Positions 16,958 to 26,171 are shown, numbered from the stretch's first letter. The stretch: DNA of 31,044 nucleotides from Armatimonadota bacterium (GCA_052386995.1 JBQTJP010000011.1:1-31044); one strand, 5' to 3'. Translations and numbers: made by a program. The notes: generated by a model not told the origin, from the sequence alone.

Positions 16958-18237
16958 CGGTGTCCAGCGCTCGGACGATGGCGGCTCACGCGCTCTGGTG
17001 CCGCCTGACGCAGGTTGCGCTTCGGTTCAGAACGGGTTGACAGGCCGCGCAGTCCCGGTGTGAACTCGTCCCGGGACGAGTTGGGTGATCGGTCGCATAG
17101 CGTCGCGGTTCCGTCGACCGCCGAGCCGCCGGCCACGTAGCCTGCGCCGACCTCCCGCACCCCGGCCGCGTCCCAACGACCAAAGTGGCGTTCAGCCTCA
17201 TAGGCGTTGTGCGCCCGGCAGCGCAGTTGGATGTTATTCACGCTGGAGGTTCCCCCACGCCCGTACGGCACAACGTGGTGGAACTCTACGAAAGCCGTTT
17301 CGGCGCACCGTCGTCCATCGGTGGAGACAAACGCGCAGTGTCCACCGTCTCGGGCCCAGACAATCCGTCTCACCGCTGCCGGGATGCGCCGGGAGCGCGG
17401 CAGCGAGCTCGGCTCAAATTCGGAGGTCTGAAGTCGACTCTGTCGTGGTCGGGCCGCGGCCGCGAGCTTCTGCTTGCGGAGCTGCCCCAGCAGCGCCTCC
17501 AGGGCCCGATCGAAGATCTGCTCCAGATCGCCGTCTGGAATCTGGTGCCGCAAGAGCGCCTGGGCCTCTCGTAGCTTCGCATGCAATTCCGCATCGGCCG
17601 TAAATTGGATCTTATACCGCTCGGGAGCGAGTGGACTGACAACCGCCCGTCGTGCGGGCTGGGCCGCCGCGGCCATTGAAACTAGCGGAACGGGTAGGAG
17701 AATGTCCGATGTGCCATGATCCTCTGACCCACTCGGTGCCTGCTGCGCCTCGACCCCTTGTGCCCCCATACTTGCCGTCCGAGTGGGCAACTTGCGAATC
17801 AGGTCCGGAACCGGCGGCTGCAGACGCAGGCGGGCCACGAGCTCTTCGATCTCACGCTTGGACTTGTGGCGCGCCAGCGCCAGCACGTCGCGATAGTTCT
17901 CCAGGGTCAGGTGCGGCACCAACAGGCGGACCGCAGCCAGCGTCACCCAGCCCGCAGCCAGGTACTCGAGGAGCGCTGGAAAGCGCCGTGCTGCCCGTGC
18001 CGCCTCGATGCGATTGTAGGCGGCGTGCTCGGAGAGATGTAGCACGTCGGTGCAATATTTGAAGAGTGAAGGGTAGCCTTCCGCGAGGTAGAGGCGCCGC
18101 TCGTCGAGCTTTGCGAGACGCACGATGAGCGCGACGGTCGCCTCGCGCTCACGCTGCGCGAGATCCTTCAACTCTGCGAGAAGATCTTGATCAGACAGCC
18201 GTGCTACGCGGGTGAGCACATCATTATAGGTGTCCAT
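16954..18237 (-). CDS. HNH endonuclease with a DUF222-like N-terminal region
   Basis: N-terminal LSDQDLL...LDERRLYLAEGYPSLFKYC...LSEHAAYNRI; C-terminal RRIVWARDGGHC...FHHVVPYGRGG...NIQLRCRAHN. Start placed at ATG 18237, directly after a -10 box. Confidence 0.88.
   Translation of the reverse strand: MDTYNDVLTRVARLSDQDLLAELKDLAQREREATVALIVRLAKLDERRLYLAEGYPSLFKYCTDVLHLSEHAAYNRIEAARAARRFPALLEYLAAGWVTLAAVRLLVPHLTLENYRDVLALARHKSKREIEELVARLRLQPPVPDLIRKLPTRTASMGAQGVEAQQAPSGSEDHGTSDILLPVPLVSMAAAAQPARRAVVSPLAPERYKIQFTADAELHAKLREAQALLRHQIPDGDLEQIFDRALEALLGQLRKQKLAAAARPRQSRLQTSEFEPSSLPRSRRIPAAVRRIVWARDGGHCAFVSTDGRRCAETAFVEFHHVVPYGRGGTSSVNNIQLRCRAHNAYEAERHFGRWDAAGVREVGAGYVAGGSAVDGTATLCDRSPNSSRDEFTPGLRGLSTRSEPKRNLRQAAPERVSRHRPSAGHR
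17063..17082. repeat. Perfect 20-bp palindrome
   Basis: AACTCGTCCC|GGGACGAGTT is its own reverse complement. Confidence 0.97.
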
Positions 18238-18243
18238 ACCTGA

Positions 18244-18252
18244 GTTATAGCA
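18244..18252 (-). promoter_or_regulatory. Extended -10 promoter giving a leaderless HNH mRNA
   Basis: Minus strand TGcTATAAC, 6 nt, then the ATG at 18237; no SD sequence. Confidence 0.7.
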
Positions 18253-18504
18253 TGAGGTTTTGAAGGTTCTAGGAAACGTCGTAGAGCAGGTGCAGGGACT
18301 AAAAACGTCTTCGAAGCCTCGCTGCTTATCGCGTCGCGATTCTGGGAAGTGGACGTCCACGTGGTGAGCGTTTTAGAAGTCTCTCCCGGGCAGGCTCTAA
18401 GTGCTGTCTGTGGACTTGTCAAGTCCCTTTGCGGAATTTCTTTCGATCTCGCCCAGCAAATCAAATGGAAGACAGCGTCAGCGAATCCGGATCGGCGCCA
18501 CTGC

Positions 18505-19335
18505 CTAATGCTGACTGAGGGTGCCGAGCCGGCGCACGCGGCGATCGGCAAGGCGAAACGACGTGTGTCCCAGGAAGACCATGACCACCATGAAGGCCGC
18601 CAGAATCCCGACCTCGGCCCAAAACGGCAGGATGGAGGTCGTGCCGAGGAGCACGTGGCGGATACCGTCGAAAGCGTAGGTCAGCGGGAGCGCGAGCGCC
18701 AGGATGAAGAGCGGCCTGGGAAGGGCGGCCACGGGAAACCGGTCCCCAGAGAGCATGCTCGTCCCATAGCTCACCATGTCGATGAGATTTCCCGGATCCT
18801 TGGCGAGGAGGACGAGTCCGGCGATCGCAAATCCCAGTCCGTAGAGGGCGATGAGCGCGGGGAGCAGCACCAGGGCCGCGCGGACGGCGTCAACGCTGAA
18901 CCGCACGCCGAGCACCCCCCACGCCACAACGACCAGGAGCGCCGAGGAGAGCACGGTCGTCAGGAGCATTCGCATCGACTCGCCAACCAGCACGACCCAC
19001 GGAGGGGTTGGCGTCAGCCAGACCGGCTCCAGAGTGCCCTCGGCCATCTCCAGCCACAGCGAGAACCCGATGCCCCAAAACGCGCCGTAGACGAAACCCG
19101 CCAGGACCCACCCGACAACCAGGAACGTGGCGTAGTCGTGTGTTCCCGTGTACGCGGCCAGGCCCGGCAGCCTCCCGCCGTCGGCGAAAGCCTTTCCGAG
19201 AAAGTAGAACGGCGGCAGCCAGATCAGCGCATTGAACAAGTGCATGACCGCGTTGAGACGGTACCGCGAGTAGATGCGCAGCGACTTGATCGTTGCCGCC
19301 CACAGCGCGTGGAGGTTTGGCGCCAGGTCCACCAT
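18505..19335 (-). CDS. ABC-2 type exporter permease
   Basis: EMAEGTLEPVWLTP, SGDRFPVAALP, LPLTYAFDGIR. ATG at 19335 in a TGATG overlap. Confidence 0.9.
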   Translation of the reverse strand: MVDLAPNLHALWAATIKSLRIYSRYRLNAVMHLFNALIWLPPFYFLGKAFADGGRLPGLAAYTGTHDYATFLVVGWVLAGFVYGAFWGIGFSLWLEMAEGTLEPVWLTPTPPWVVLVGESMRMLLTTVLSSALLVVVAWGVLGVRFSVDAVRAALVLLPALIALYGLGFAIAGLVLLAKDPGNLIDMVSYGTSMLSGDRFPVAALPRPLFILALALPLTYAFDGIRHVLLGTTSILPFWAEVGILAAFMVVMVFLGHTSFRLADRRVRRLGTLSQH

Positions 19336-20165
19336 CAGAACGCCCCCAACGTGCCGAGGCGCTTCACCCTGCGCTCTGTCCATGTGAACGCGGCCTGCCC
19401 CACGACGAGAAAGAATGCCCCGAAGCCAAGCAGCGGCAGCAGAATGGGGCCGAGGGCCACGAGGGAGGCGCCGTTGAGGGCGACCTGCCGCACGCCTTCC
19501 ACCGTGTAGGTCAACGGCAGCCACTCGGCAACCGCGCGCATCCAACCGGGCAAAACCGCGAGAGGATAGGTCAGGCCCGCGAAGAGCGTAAAGATCCCTC
19601 GCACGAAGAATACTGCCCCGTTTGCCTCCTTCACCCACAGCACGAGCGACGCGAACGCCAGGCCCATCCCGTAGAGGGAAGGCAGCGTGGCGGCCAGCAC
19701 GACGCCAAGCGTGCCGATGCTTCCTTTAATCGATAGCCCAAACAGGAGGTTAAACTCGATGAGCGCAAACGCGAAGAGCAGGACGGCCTGCAGCAGATCC
19801 GCCACGCCGCGACCGAGCATCAGGAAGACGCGCGGGACCGGGGTCATCCAGAGGACCTCCAACGTTCCCAGCTGCTGCTCTCGCCTCAAGGAGGTCCCCA
19901 GAGTCCACAGCATCCAGTTGAGGGTCATCCAGGTGGCGACGCCCATCGCCATGAAGCCTGTGTAATCAGCGGTGCCCGCGTTCCGGGCGAAAGCGTCAAC
20001 GTAGCCACCCGGACCGGCCAGCGCCCGGGCCGTGAAGATCAGCCCGAACACGAAAAGGATGGGCCAGAGAAACCACGACCAGAGCAGCAGAGGATAGCGC
20101 CGGCGGACGAGCCACTCCTTGACGATGGAGGCCGTCAGCACCCTGATCGGCCAGAGACGCTCCAT
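19335..20165 (-). CDS. ABC-2 type exporter permease
   Basis: EQQLGTLEVLWMTP, GLTYPLAVLPGW, LPLTYTVEGVR. Confidence 0.9.
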   Translation of the reverse strand: MERLWPIRVLTASIVKEWLVRRRYPLLLWSWFLWPILFVFGLIFTARALAGPGGYVDAFARNAGTADYTGFMAMGVATWMTLNWMLWTLGTSLRREQQLGTLEVLWMTPVPRVFLMLGRGVADLLQAVLLFAFALIEFNLLFGLSIKGSIGTLGVVLAATLPSLYGMGLAFASLVLWVKEANGAVFFVRGIFTLFAGLTYPLAVLPGWMRAVAEWLPLTYTVEGVRQVALNGASLVALGPILLPLLGFGAFFLVVGQAAFTWTERRVKRLGTLGAF

Positions 20166-20167
20166 CC

Positions 20168-21163
20168 TCAGTCCCTCAGCGTCCGTCCTGTCAATATGAT
20201 AAAGACGTCTTCGAGGGTCGGCTCGACCACCCGGATATATTCGAGGCGGGCCCCATCGCGGCCGACCAGATCAACGACGGCGTTGAGAACGGCGCGCGGA
20301 TCTCTGGCATGCACGTGATAGCGGCTCACGCCTTCCGGCGTCAGCTCGTGGAGCACCTGAGCCACGCCCGGGAGGGCGCGAATCCTGTCGGCGGCCGACC
20401 CGTTGCCGCCGGCCACTTCGAGCTCGACGACCTTCCGCTCCTCGAGGCGGCGCTTGAGATTGGCGGGAGTATCGAGCGCGATGATCCTCCCGTGGTCAAT
20501 GATCCCGATGCGCTCGCAGAGCTGATCAGCTTCTTCCATATAGTGCGTCGTCAACAGGATGGTCGTCCCCGAGGCGTGGAGCTGGCGCATGAGATCGCGG
20601 AAGTTGCGCGCCGCCTGAGGGTCGAGTCCGATGGTCGGCTCGTCGAGCACCAGCAGCGGCGGATTCGGCAGCAGCGCCCGCGCCAGCATCAGCCGCTGAC
20701 GCATCCCGTGGGAATATCGCTCGACGTACTCATCCGCACGCTCCAGCAGCCCAACCTGCCGCAGGACCTCGTCGATCCTGCCGCGCGACTGCCGCGCGGG
20801 AATCCGATAGAGCGCCGCAAAATAGTCCAGGTTCTCACGCCCGCTGAGCTTCCAGTACAGCGATCGCTCGCCCGCGAGCAGGCCACCGATGCGGCGTCGC
20901 ACCTCGTTGGCCTGACGCACGACGTCGTAGCCGAAGATCCGGACGCCTCCGGCGGTGGGCTCCAGCAGCGTGCAGATCATACGGACCGTGGTTGTCTTGC
21001 CGGCCCCGTTGGGGCCGAGCAGACCGAAGAACTCGCCGGCCGGCACCTGGAGCGACACTCCGTCGACCGCGACGAGCATCTCGCGGCGCGCGCGGCGCCA
21101 GAATGGACCCCCAACTCGTTTGGGGAACTCCTTGCGAAGGTTCTCCAAATCGATGGCGAGCAT
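20168..21163 (-). CDS. ABC-2 type exporter ATP-binding protein (DrrA/NodI-like)
   Basis: GPNGAGKTT, YSHGMRQR, LDEPTIGLDP, LTTHYMEEAD, EPTLEDVF. Confidence 0.95.
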   Translation of the reverse strand: MLAIDLENLRKEFPKRVGGPFWRRARREMLVAVDGVSLQVPAGEFFGLLGPNGAGKTTTVRMICTLLEPTAGGVRIFGYDVVRQANEVRRRIGGLLAGERSLYWKLSGRENLDYFAALYRIPARQSRGRIDEVLRQVGLLERADEYVERYSHGMRQRLMLARALLPNPPLLVLDEPTIGLDPQAARNFRDLMRQLHASGTTILLTTHYMEEADQLCERIGIIDHGRIIALDTPANLKRRLEERKVVELEVAGGNGSAADRIRALPGVAQVLHELTPEGVSRYHVHARDPRAVLNAVVDLVGRDGARLEYIRVVEPTLEDVFIILTGRTLRD

Positions 21164-21195
21164 CAAGCGGTAGTTCTGGGTGTGCGAAGGAACCC

Positions 21196-22263
21196 CTAGC
21201 GGGTCGCGATCGGGGTCACACCGAACGAGAGGAAGAGGCTCTCCAGCGTCAGACGCGCATTGACGTTGCGCTTCAGCGACTCCTTCGCCGACTCGAACGC
21301 CTCGATTCGCGCCCCCAGTGTCGCCTCGCTGAACTGCGGCGCCAGTTCTGCGATCTGGGCCTGGCGATCGCGATGCGTGATGACGGCCGGATCGGCCAGC
21401 TGTTTCCAGATCAGCAGGTCGCGATACCAGTACACGGCCATGTCAAGGAGTTCGGGGAGCAAGGCGCCCTCTTTCGGCTGGTCGCCCTCTTTCGACTGGG
21501 TCTTTCTCCAGAGCGCTTCCGCCGCATCGAGACGGACCAGCACATCGCCGCCCTCTAGCGTGGGGAGGAGATCCAGCAGGCGATCCCGGGCTTCCATGCG
21601 CGCCTCCGATTTCGCCCACTCCAGCGCGCGGCCGATGCGGCCGTCGGCCAGGACCGCCAGCACCCGGGCCCGATCCGCGCCGATCCCCCACCGCTCGATC
21701 AGGGCGCGCTCGATGTCGTCGGCGCGCAGGAACGTGCACCGAATCAGCTGGCAGCGGGACACGATCGTGGGCAAGAGCGCCACGCTCGACTCGGCGATCA
21801 GAATGAACGTCACGCGCGCGGGCGGCTCCTCGAGGGTCTTCAGAAGGCTGTTGGCCGAGGAGGGGTTCATGCGCTCGGCATCGGCAATGATGTAGACTTT
21901 GCGTCGTCCCTCGTACGGAGGGAACGCGGCGTCCTGCCGCAGCGCCCGGATTTGATCGATCGGGATATCTTTCCCCTTGTAGTCCTTGCCGGGGACCTCG
22001 ATGAACTGCTCGTTGACGATGTCCAGCACGCGCACGTCGGGATGATTGCCCGTGGCGATCCGCCGGCAGGCGTTGCATTCCCCGCACGCGTCGGCATCAG
22101 GCCGCTCGCAGTTCAGGAACTGCGCGAACGCCAGCGCCAGCGTCCGGCGCCCTACGCCCTGGGGACCGACCAGCAGGTACGCGTGGCCCACCCGTCCGGT
22201 CCGCACCGCCGATCGCATGAGGAGAACGGCGTGATCCTGATTGACAACGTCCCTGAAGGCCAT
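21196..22263 (-). CDS. holB: DNA polymerase III subunit delta'
   Basis: HAYLLVGPQGVG, Zn module C...CGECNAC, HPDV, IDQIR, SANSLLKTLEEPP, LLPTIVSRC; tmk-darA-holB synteny. Confidence 0.95.
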   Translation of the reverse strand: MAFRDVVNQDHAVLLMRSAVRTGRVGHAYLLVGPQGVGRRTLALAFAQFLNCERPDADACGECNACRRIATGNHPDVRVLDIVNEQFIEVPGKDYKGKDIPIDQIRALRQDAAFPPYEGRRKVYIIADAERMNPSSANSLLKTLEEPPARVTFILIAESSVALLPTIVSRCQLIRCTFLRADDIERALIERWGIGADRARVLAVLADGRIGRALEWAKSEARMEARDRLLDLLPTLEGGDVLVRLDAAEALWRKTQSKEGDQPKEGALLPELLDMAVYWYRDLLIWKQLADPAVITHRDRQAQIAELAPQFSEATLGARIEAFESAKESLKRNVNARLTLESLFLSFGVTPIATR

Positions 22264-22292
22264 GCGGCCAGACTCCCCGCGCGGACGCGGCG

Positions 22293-22622
22293 CTAAATTC
22301 GCTCCATGCGCTCGACGTTCAACACGAACACGATGGCGCCCCCAACCTCTACCTTTACTGGATACGTCACGTAGGTGTCGACGGGTTCCACCACCGGCGG
22401 GATCGGCGTCATCAACTGTTCGCGCCGCTGGCACACCCGCTGGATCACGCCGAGTACCACGGTGACCTGATGATCCTCGACACCCGAGAGGATGGTTGCG
22501 TTGCCCTCACGCAGGAAGCCACCCGTGCTGGCAAGCATGGTCGCCTGAATCTCCGCGTCCATCAGCGCGTCGATGAGACGACCGGCGTCCTTTTCCTGGA
22601 CCACCGCCAGCACAAGCTTGAT
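22293..22622 (-). CDS. darA: Cyclic-di-AMP receptor, PII-like (DarA/PstA/YaaQ)
   Basis: KLVLAVVQEKDA, LASTGGFLREGNAT, VEVGGAIVFVLNVE. Start is either ATC at 22622 (109 aa) or GTG at 22631. Confidence 0.92.
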   Translation of the reverse strand: MKLVLAVVQEKDAGRLIDALMDAEIQATMLASTGGFLREGNATILSGVEDHQVTVVLGVIQRVCQRREQLMTPIPPVVEPVDTYVTYPVKVEVGGAIVFVLNVERMERI

Positions 22623-22689
22623 CGGCCTCACCCCCGCAGTCGGAAATGGGTGCCTCCGCGCGGGCGCAGCCCACTCGCGTCCGGCAACC

Positions 22690-23388
22690 TCAGCTCCGCG
22701 GCAGCCAGCCGTGCGCCTGCAGAAGCCGTCGGACCGCTGCGACGAGACCGGCATGCACCTCTTCGACCGGCCGATCGCCGTCGATCACGACGAATCGCGA
22801 GGCCTCTTCGCGCGCCAGTTGGAGGAATCCTGCGCGGACCCTCGCGTGGAACGTTACATCCTCCTGCTCGAGCCGATCGCCCTGTCCCGGTACGCCATCT
22901 TTCCCCGCGGCACCCGCGGCGTTGCGGGCGCGCAGGAGTCCCACGCGAGCGTCAACGTCGATGAGCAGCGTCAGGTCGGGCCGCAGACCACGCGTGGCGA
23001 CCTCGTTGACCTGACGCACCACGTCGACCGGCAGGCCCCGGCCGAACGCCTGATAGGCGATCGACGCATCCACGTATCGCTCGGAGAGCACGCACGTGCC
23101 GGCTTCCAGCGCGGGCTGCACGGTCTCGCCCACATACTGGGCGCGGCTTGCGGCAAACAGCAGCATCTCGGTCTCCGCGCGCATCTCCCTGAGCCGTTCG
23201 TCGAGCAGCACTTTCCGGATGGCTTCCCCCACAGCCGTTCCGCCAGGCTCCCGAACCAGAACGAGCGGTATCTGGCCCTTCAATACATCGAAGAGCTTCC
23301 GGGCCTGCGTGGTCTTGCCGGCGCCTTCGGGGCCCTCAAGAGTGATGAAGAGCCCGCGCCTGCGGACTTCTCCGGACGACGCGTTCAC
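22690..23388 (-). CDS. tmk: Thymidylate kinase
   Basis: FITLEGPEGAGKTTQ, REPGGT, LLFAASRAQ, ERYVDASIAYQ, PDLTLLID, DRLEQE. GTG at 23388 follows AGGA. Confidence 0.96.
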   Translation of the reverse strand: MNASSGEVRRRGLFITLEGPEGAGKTTQARKLFDVLKGQIPLVLVREPGGTAVGEAIRKVLLDERLREMRAETEMLLFAASRAQYVGETVQPALEAGTCVLSERYVDASIAYQAFGRGLPVDVVRQVNEVATRGLRPDLTLLIDVDARVGLLRARNAAGAAGKDGVPGQGDRLEQEDVTFHARVRAGFLQLAREEASRFVVIDGDRPVEEVHAGLVAAVRRLLQAHGWLPRS

Positions 23389-23395
23389 AACAGTC

Positions 23396-24940
23396 CTACT
23401 GTGGGTAGATGACGACGCGGCGAAACGGCTCGTCGCCCTTGCTCTCGGACGCGAGACCGTAGCGCTGGACGAGCTGGTGCTGCAGCCGGCGGATGTAGGA
23501 GTTCTGCGGCCGCAGCTCGACCGGTTGCGCCGACTCGAAGACCCGCGCGAGCGCCTCTTCAACCTCGGTGAGCGCGGCCTCGTGCTCGGCCGGTCCCTCC
23601 GCGACCTCGAAGACTTCACGGAGGAAGTGCTCGATCTGCGTGACGGTGTTGCTCCGCAAGACGTGCAGCGGCATGCCCCGCGTGGCAGCATCCCGCAGCC
23701 GCTTGGGCTGGCGCTTCTCCTGCGACTTCAGGGTGAGGACCAGGTCGGCCTCAGAAAGCGAGTCGGTGATGTGCGCGGGGACGTCCATCTCGCGGATCGC
23801 GCGCTCGAGCCGGTTGCGGCTCACGGCATACGGATAGATGCGGAGCGTCTCGCGGCCGGGACGCGCGTGGTCCTCGGACGGCGCCGCCGCAAAGGGCCCC
23901 TCCGGTGTCCATCCCGCGGCAGCGGCACGCGCGGGCGCGGAGATTTCCACATCGCCGCCGCTGGTGCGCACCCGCCCCTCGGGGCGGGGTGCGACGCCGC
24001 GGAGGTAGCGATCGACCACCTGCGCGACATCGTGGTGAACCGCCAGGCGGTCTTTCTCTTGAATTTCGATGACGACATCGAACGTCGGTGGGGCCTTGCG
24101 CTCGAGAACGGTCTTCTGCGTGCCGCGCCGGCGCGCTTCCTCATCGGAGAGCGTCACGGCCTGGATGCCGCCGACGAGGTCAGAGAGCGTTGGGTTCTGA
24201 AGCAGGTTGTCCAACGTATTGCCGTGCGCGGTGGCGATGAGTTGGACGCCGCGCTCGGCGATCGTGCGCGCGGCGAGCGCTTCGGCCTCGGTGCCGATCT
24301 CGTCGATGACGACCACCTCGGGCATGTGGTTCTCGACGGCTTCGATCATCACCGCGTGCTGAAGGGCGGGCACGGGCACCTGCATGCGCCGCGCCGCGCC
24401 GATGCCGGGGTGTGGGATGTCGCCGTCCCCGGCGATCTCGTTGGAGGTGTCCACCACCACGACGCGCTTGCGCAGCTCGTCGGCCAGCACGCGCGCCGCC
24501 TCGCGCAACAGCGTCGTTTTGCCCACGCCCGGGCGTCCCAGCAGCAAGATCGAATGTCCGGACTCGATGACGTCCCGCAGGATGTCCACCGTGCCGATGA
24601 CGGCGCGCCCGACCCGGCATGTCAGGCCGATGATGTCGCCTTGGCGGTTGCGGATCGCGCTGATGCGGTGCAGCGTTCGCTCGATGCCCGCGCGGTTGTC
24701 TTTGCCGAACGCGCCGACGCGCTCGGTGATGTACTCGAGCGTCTCGCGCCCGACGAACGCGCCGTTGAGCATCAACGCCTCATTGGGAAACCGCGCCTCG
24801 GGTTTGCGGCCGAGGTCCAGCACGACTTCTAGAAGCTGATCGAGGTCGCTGTGACGCTCCAGGGCAGTCCGCAGGTGCGGGGGCAGGACATCGAGGAGCA
24901 AGTCCAGGTTGTCGGTCACGTGCATCTGGCGGCCGGCCAC
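23396..24940 (-). CDS. Ycf45/SpoIIIAA-like AAA+ ATPase with a C-terminal R3H domain
   Basis: [54 protein letters not shown]3H motif YIRRLQH. GTG at 24940 follows GGGAGG. Confidence 0.92.
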   Translation of the reverse strand: MAGRQMHVTDNLDLLLDVLPPHLRTALERHSDLDQLLEVVLDLGRKPEARFPNEALMLNGAFVGRETLEYITERVGAFGKDNRAGIERTLHRISAIRNRQGDIIGLTCRVGRAVIGTVDILRDVIESGHSILLLGRPGVGKTTLLREAARVLADELRKRVVVVDTSNEIAGDGDIPHPGIGAARRMQVPVPALQHAVMIEAVENHMPEVVVIDEIGTEAEALAARTIAERGVQLIATAHGNTLDNLLQNPTLSDLVGGIQAVTLSDEEARRRGTQKTVLERKAPPTFDVVIEIQEKDRLAVHHDVAQVVDRYLRGVAPRPEGRVRTSGGDVEISAPARAAAAGWTPEGPFAAAPSEDHARPGRETLRIYPYAVSRNRLERAIREMDVPAHITDSLSEADLVLTLKSQEKRQPKRLRDAATRGMPLHVLRSNTVTQIEHFLREVFEVAEGPAEHEAALTEVEEALARVFESAQPVELRPQNSYIRRLQHQLVQRYGLASESKGDEPFRRVVIYPQ

Positions 24941-25087
24941 GGGCGGTCCCTCCCCGGTGCGGGCTCGTGGAAGCGCAGAAGGGAACCGCTGGGGTCCCCT
25001 CCGCACTGCGTCTGTGATGTTATCCGGCGACAGAAACGAACGACGTCTCAAGAGATCCTCAGGAATGCGGCCTGTCAGCCTCTCTTC

Positions 25088-25116
25088 ATTATAGGTATAC
25101 CCTGGCAGGGGCGCAA
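25088..25116 (-). promoter_or_regulatory. Sigma70-type promoter upstream of the AAA-R3H / tmk / darA / holB run
   Basis: Minus strand TTGCGC (25116-25111), 17-nt spacer, TATAAT (25093-25088). Confidence 0.78.
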
Positions 25117-25156
25117 CGCCGCCGCCCTATCGATCGAGCCAGGCATTGTACCAGGA

Positions 25157-26149
25157 CTACGCCGGCGCGAACGCTTCGAGCAGACGCCAGAGTTCATCCC
25201 GTTCCGGCGGGATCAGCGCGTCTGTTCGCCCGTCCCGGACGATCGTCCGCTCACCATCTGTCAATACGCCGACCACCGCCGACGGAATTCCCGCCGTGGC
25301 CAGCTCCTTCTGCAGCGAAGCCGCATCGGGGATCGCGATCAGCATCGCGCCGCTACTGATCAACGCGAGCGGATCTGCACCCAGCGCGGCGCAGATGGCT
25401 CGCGTCTCGGGTTCGACGAGCACCGCATTCGCGTCGAGCCGCACGCCGCACCGGGACGCTTCGGCGAGCTCCCAGACGCCGGTCACCACACCGCCTTCTG
25501 TCACATCGTGCATCGCCGCTGCGCCACAGCGTGCGCCGATTCGCCCGTCGGGTACGACGCTGATCCGCTCGATAAACGCGCGCGCGCGCGATAGTGTCTG
25601 GGCATCGATCGTCGCGCTGAGCCGGTCTGCGAGATCGGTGGCCAGGATCGCCGTGCCCTCGATTCCCGCCCCCTTGGTGAGCACGAGGGCCTGGCCAGGG
25701 CGGCCGCCGTCCGCGGACACGTACCGGTTGCGCGCGGCGCGCCCCACGGCCGCTGCTATGACCAGCGATCGGTCGATGCCCGGAGTCACTTCCGTATGCC
25801 CACCCACGATCTCGACCCCGACGTCACGCGCCGCATCGGCGGCCTCGCGAATGATTCGTTCGAGATCGGCCTCCGCCGTCGCCTCCGCCAGCAGCAGCGT
25901 AAGGAGCAACCCCACCGGCTCCGCACCGGTCGTGGCGAGGTCGTTGCACGCGACGTGCACGGCCAGCCGACCTACATGCGCCCCGGACCCCGTGATCGGA
26001 TCCGTGGTGACCACGCAGACCGACGGACCGAAGTCAATCACCGCGGAGTCCTGTCCGACCCCGGCGTGCACGAGCACGTCCGTGCGACGGCCCAGGTGTG
26101 GAAAGATCTGTCGCCGGAGTGCCGCGGGAGTGATCTTTCCCGGTCTCAT
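25157..26149 (-). CDS. PurM/AIR-synthase superfamily protein (HypE/ThiL-related)
   Basis: GVGQDSAV, TTDPIT, CNDLATTGAEP, VGGHTEVT, AMHDVTEGG, LISSGAML. Confidence 0.9.
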   Translation of the reverse strand: MRPGKITPAALRRQIFPHLGRRTDVLVHAGVGQDSAVIDFGPSVCVVTTDPITGSGAHVGRLAVHVACNDLATTGAEPVGLLLTLLLAEATAEADLERIIREAADAARDVGVEIVGGHTEVTPGIDRSLVIAAAVGRAARNRYVSADGGRPGQALVLTKGAGIEGTAILATDLADRLSATIDAQTLSRARAFIERISVVPDGRIGARCGAAAMHDVTEGGVVTGVWELAEASRCGVRLDANAVLVEPETRAICAALGADPLALISSGAMLIAIPDAASLQKELATAGIPSAVVGVLTDGERTIVRDGRTDALIPPERDELWRLLEAFAPA

Positions 26150-26171
26150 CCCCTGGTCACCCCGCGGAGGG

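Noticed and set aside
17004..17082. CRISPR array
   Set aside because: Only one perfect and one degenerate unit, and no cas genes in the window.
16192..18390. CTCCCGGG direct repeat as a target-site duplication around the KNTase-HNH pair
   Set aside because: An 8-bp GC-rich match is expected by chance here; no terminal inverted repeats or transposase were seen.
18349..19509. 386-aa plus-strand ORF beside the HNH gene
   Set aside because: Mostly antisense to the ABC-2 permeases; no domain signal.
23096..24832. 578-aa plus-strand ORF
   Set aside because: Antisense shadow of the AAA-R3H and tmk genes.
24941..25087. c-di-AMP (ydaO) riboswitch, suggested by GGGGACCC and CGAGCCCG and the nearby darA
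   Set aside because: The conserved GCUGAAU and CAGCUAAC elements are not found in the right order; kept only as an unassigned structured leader.
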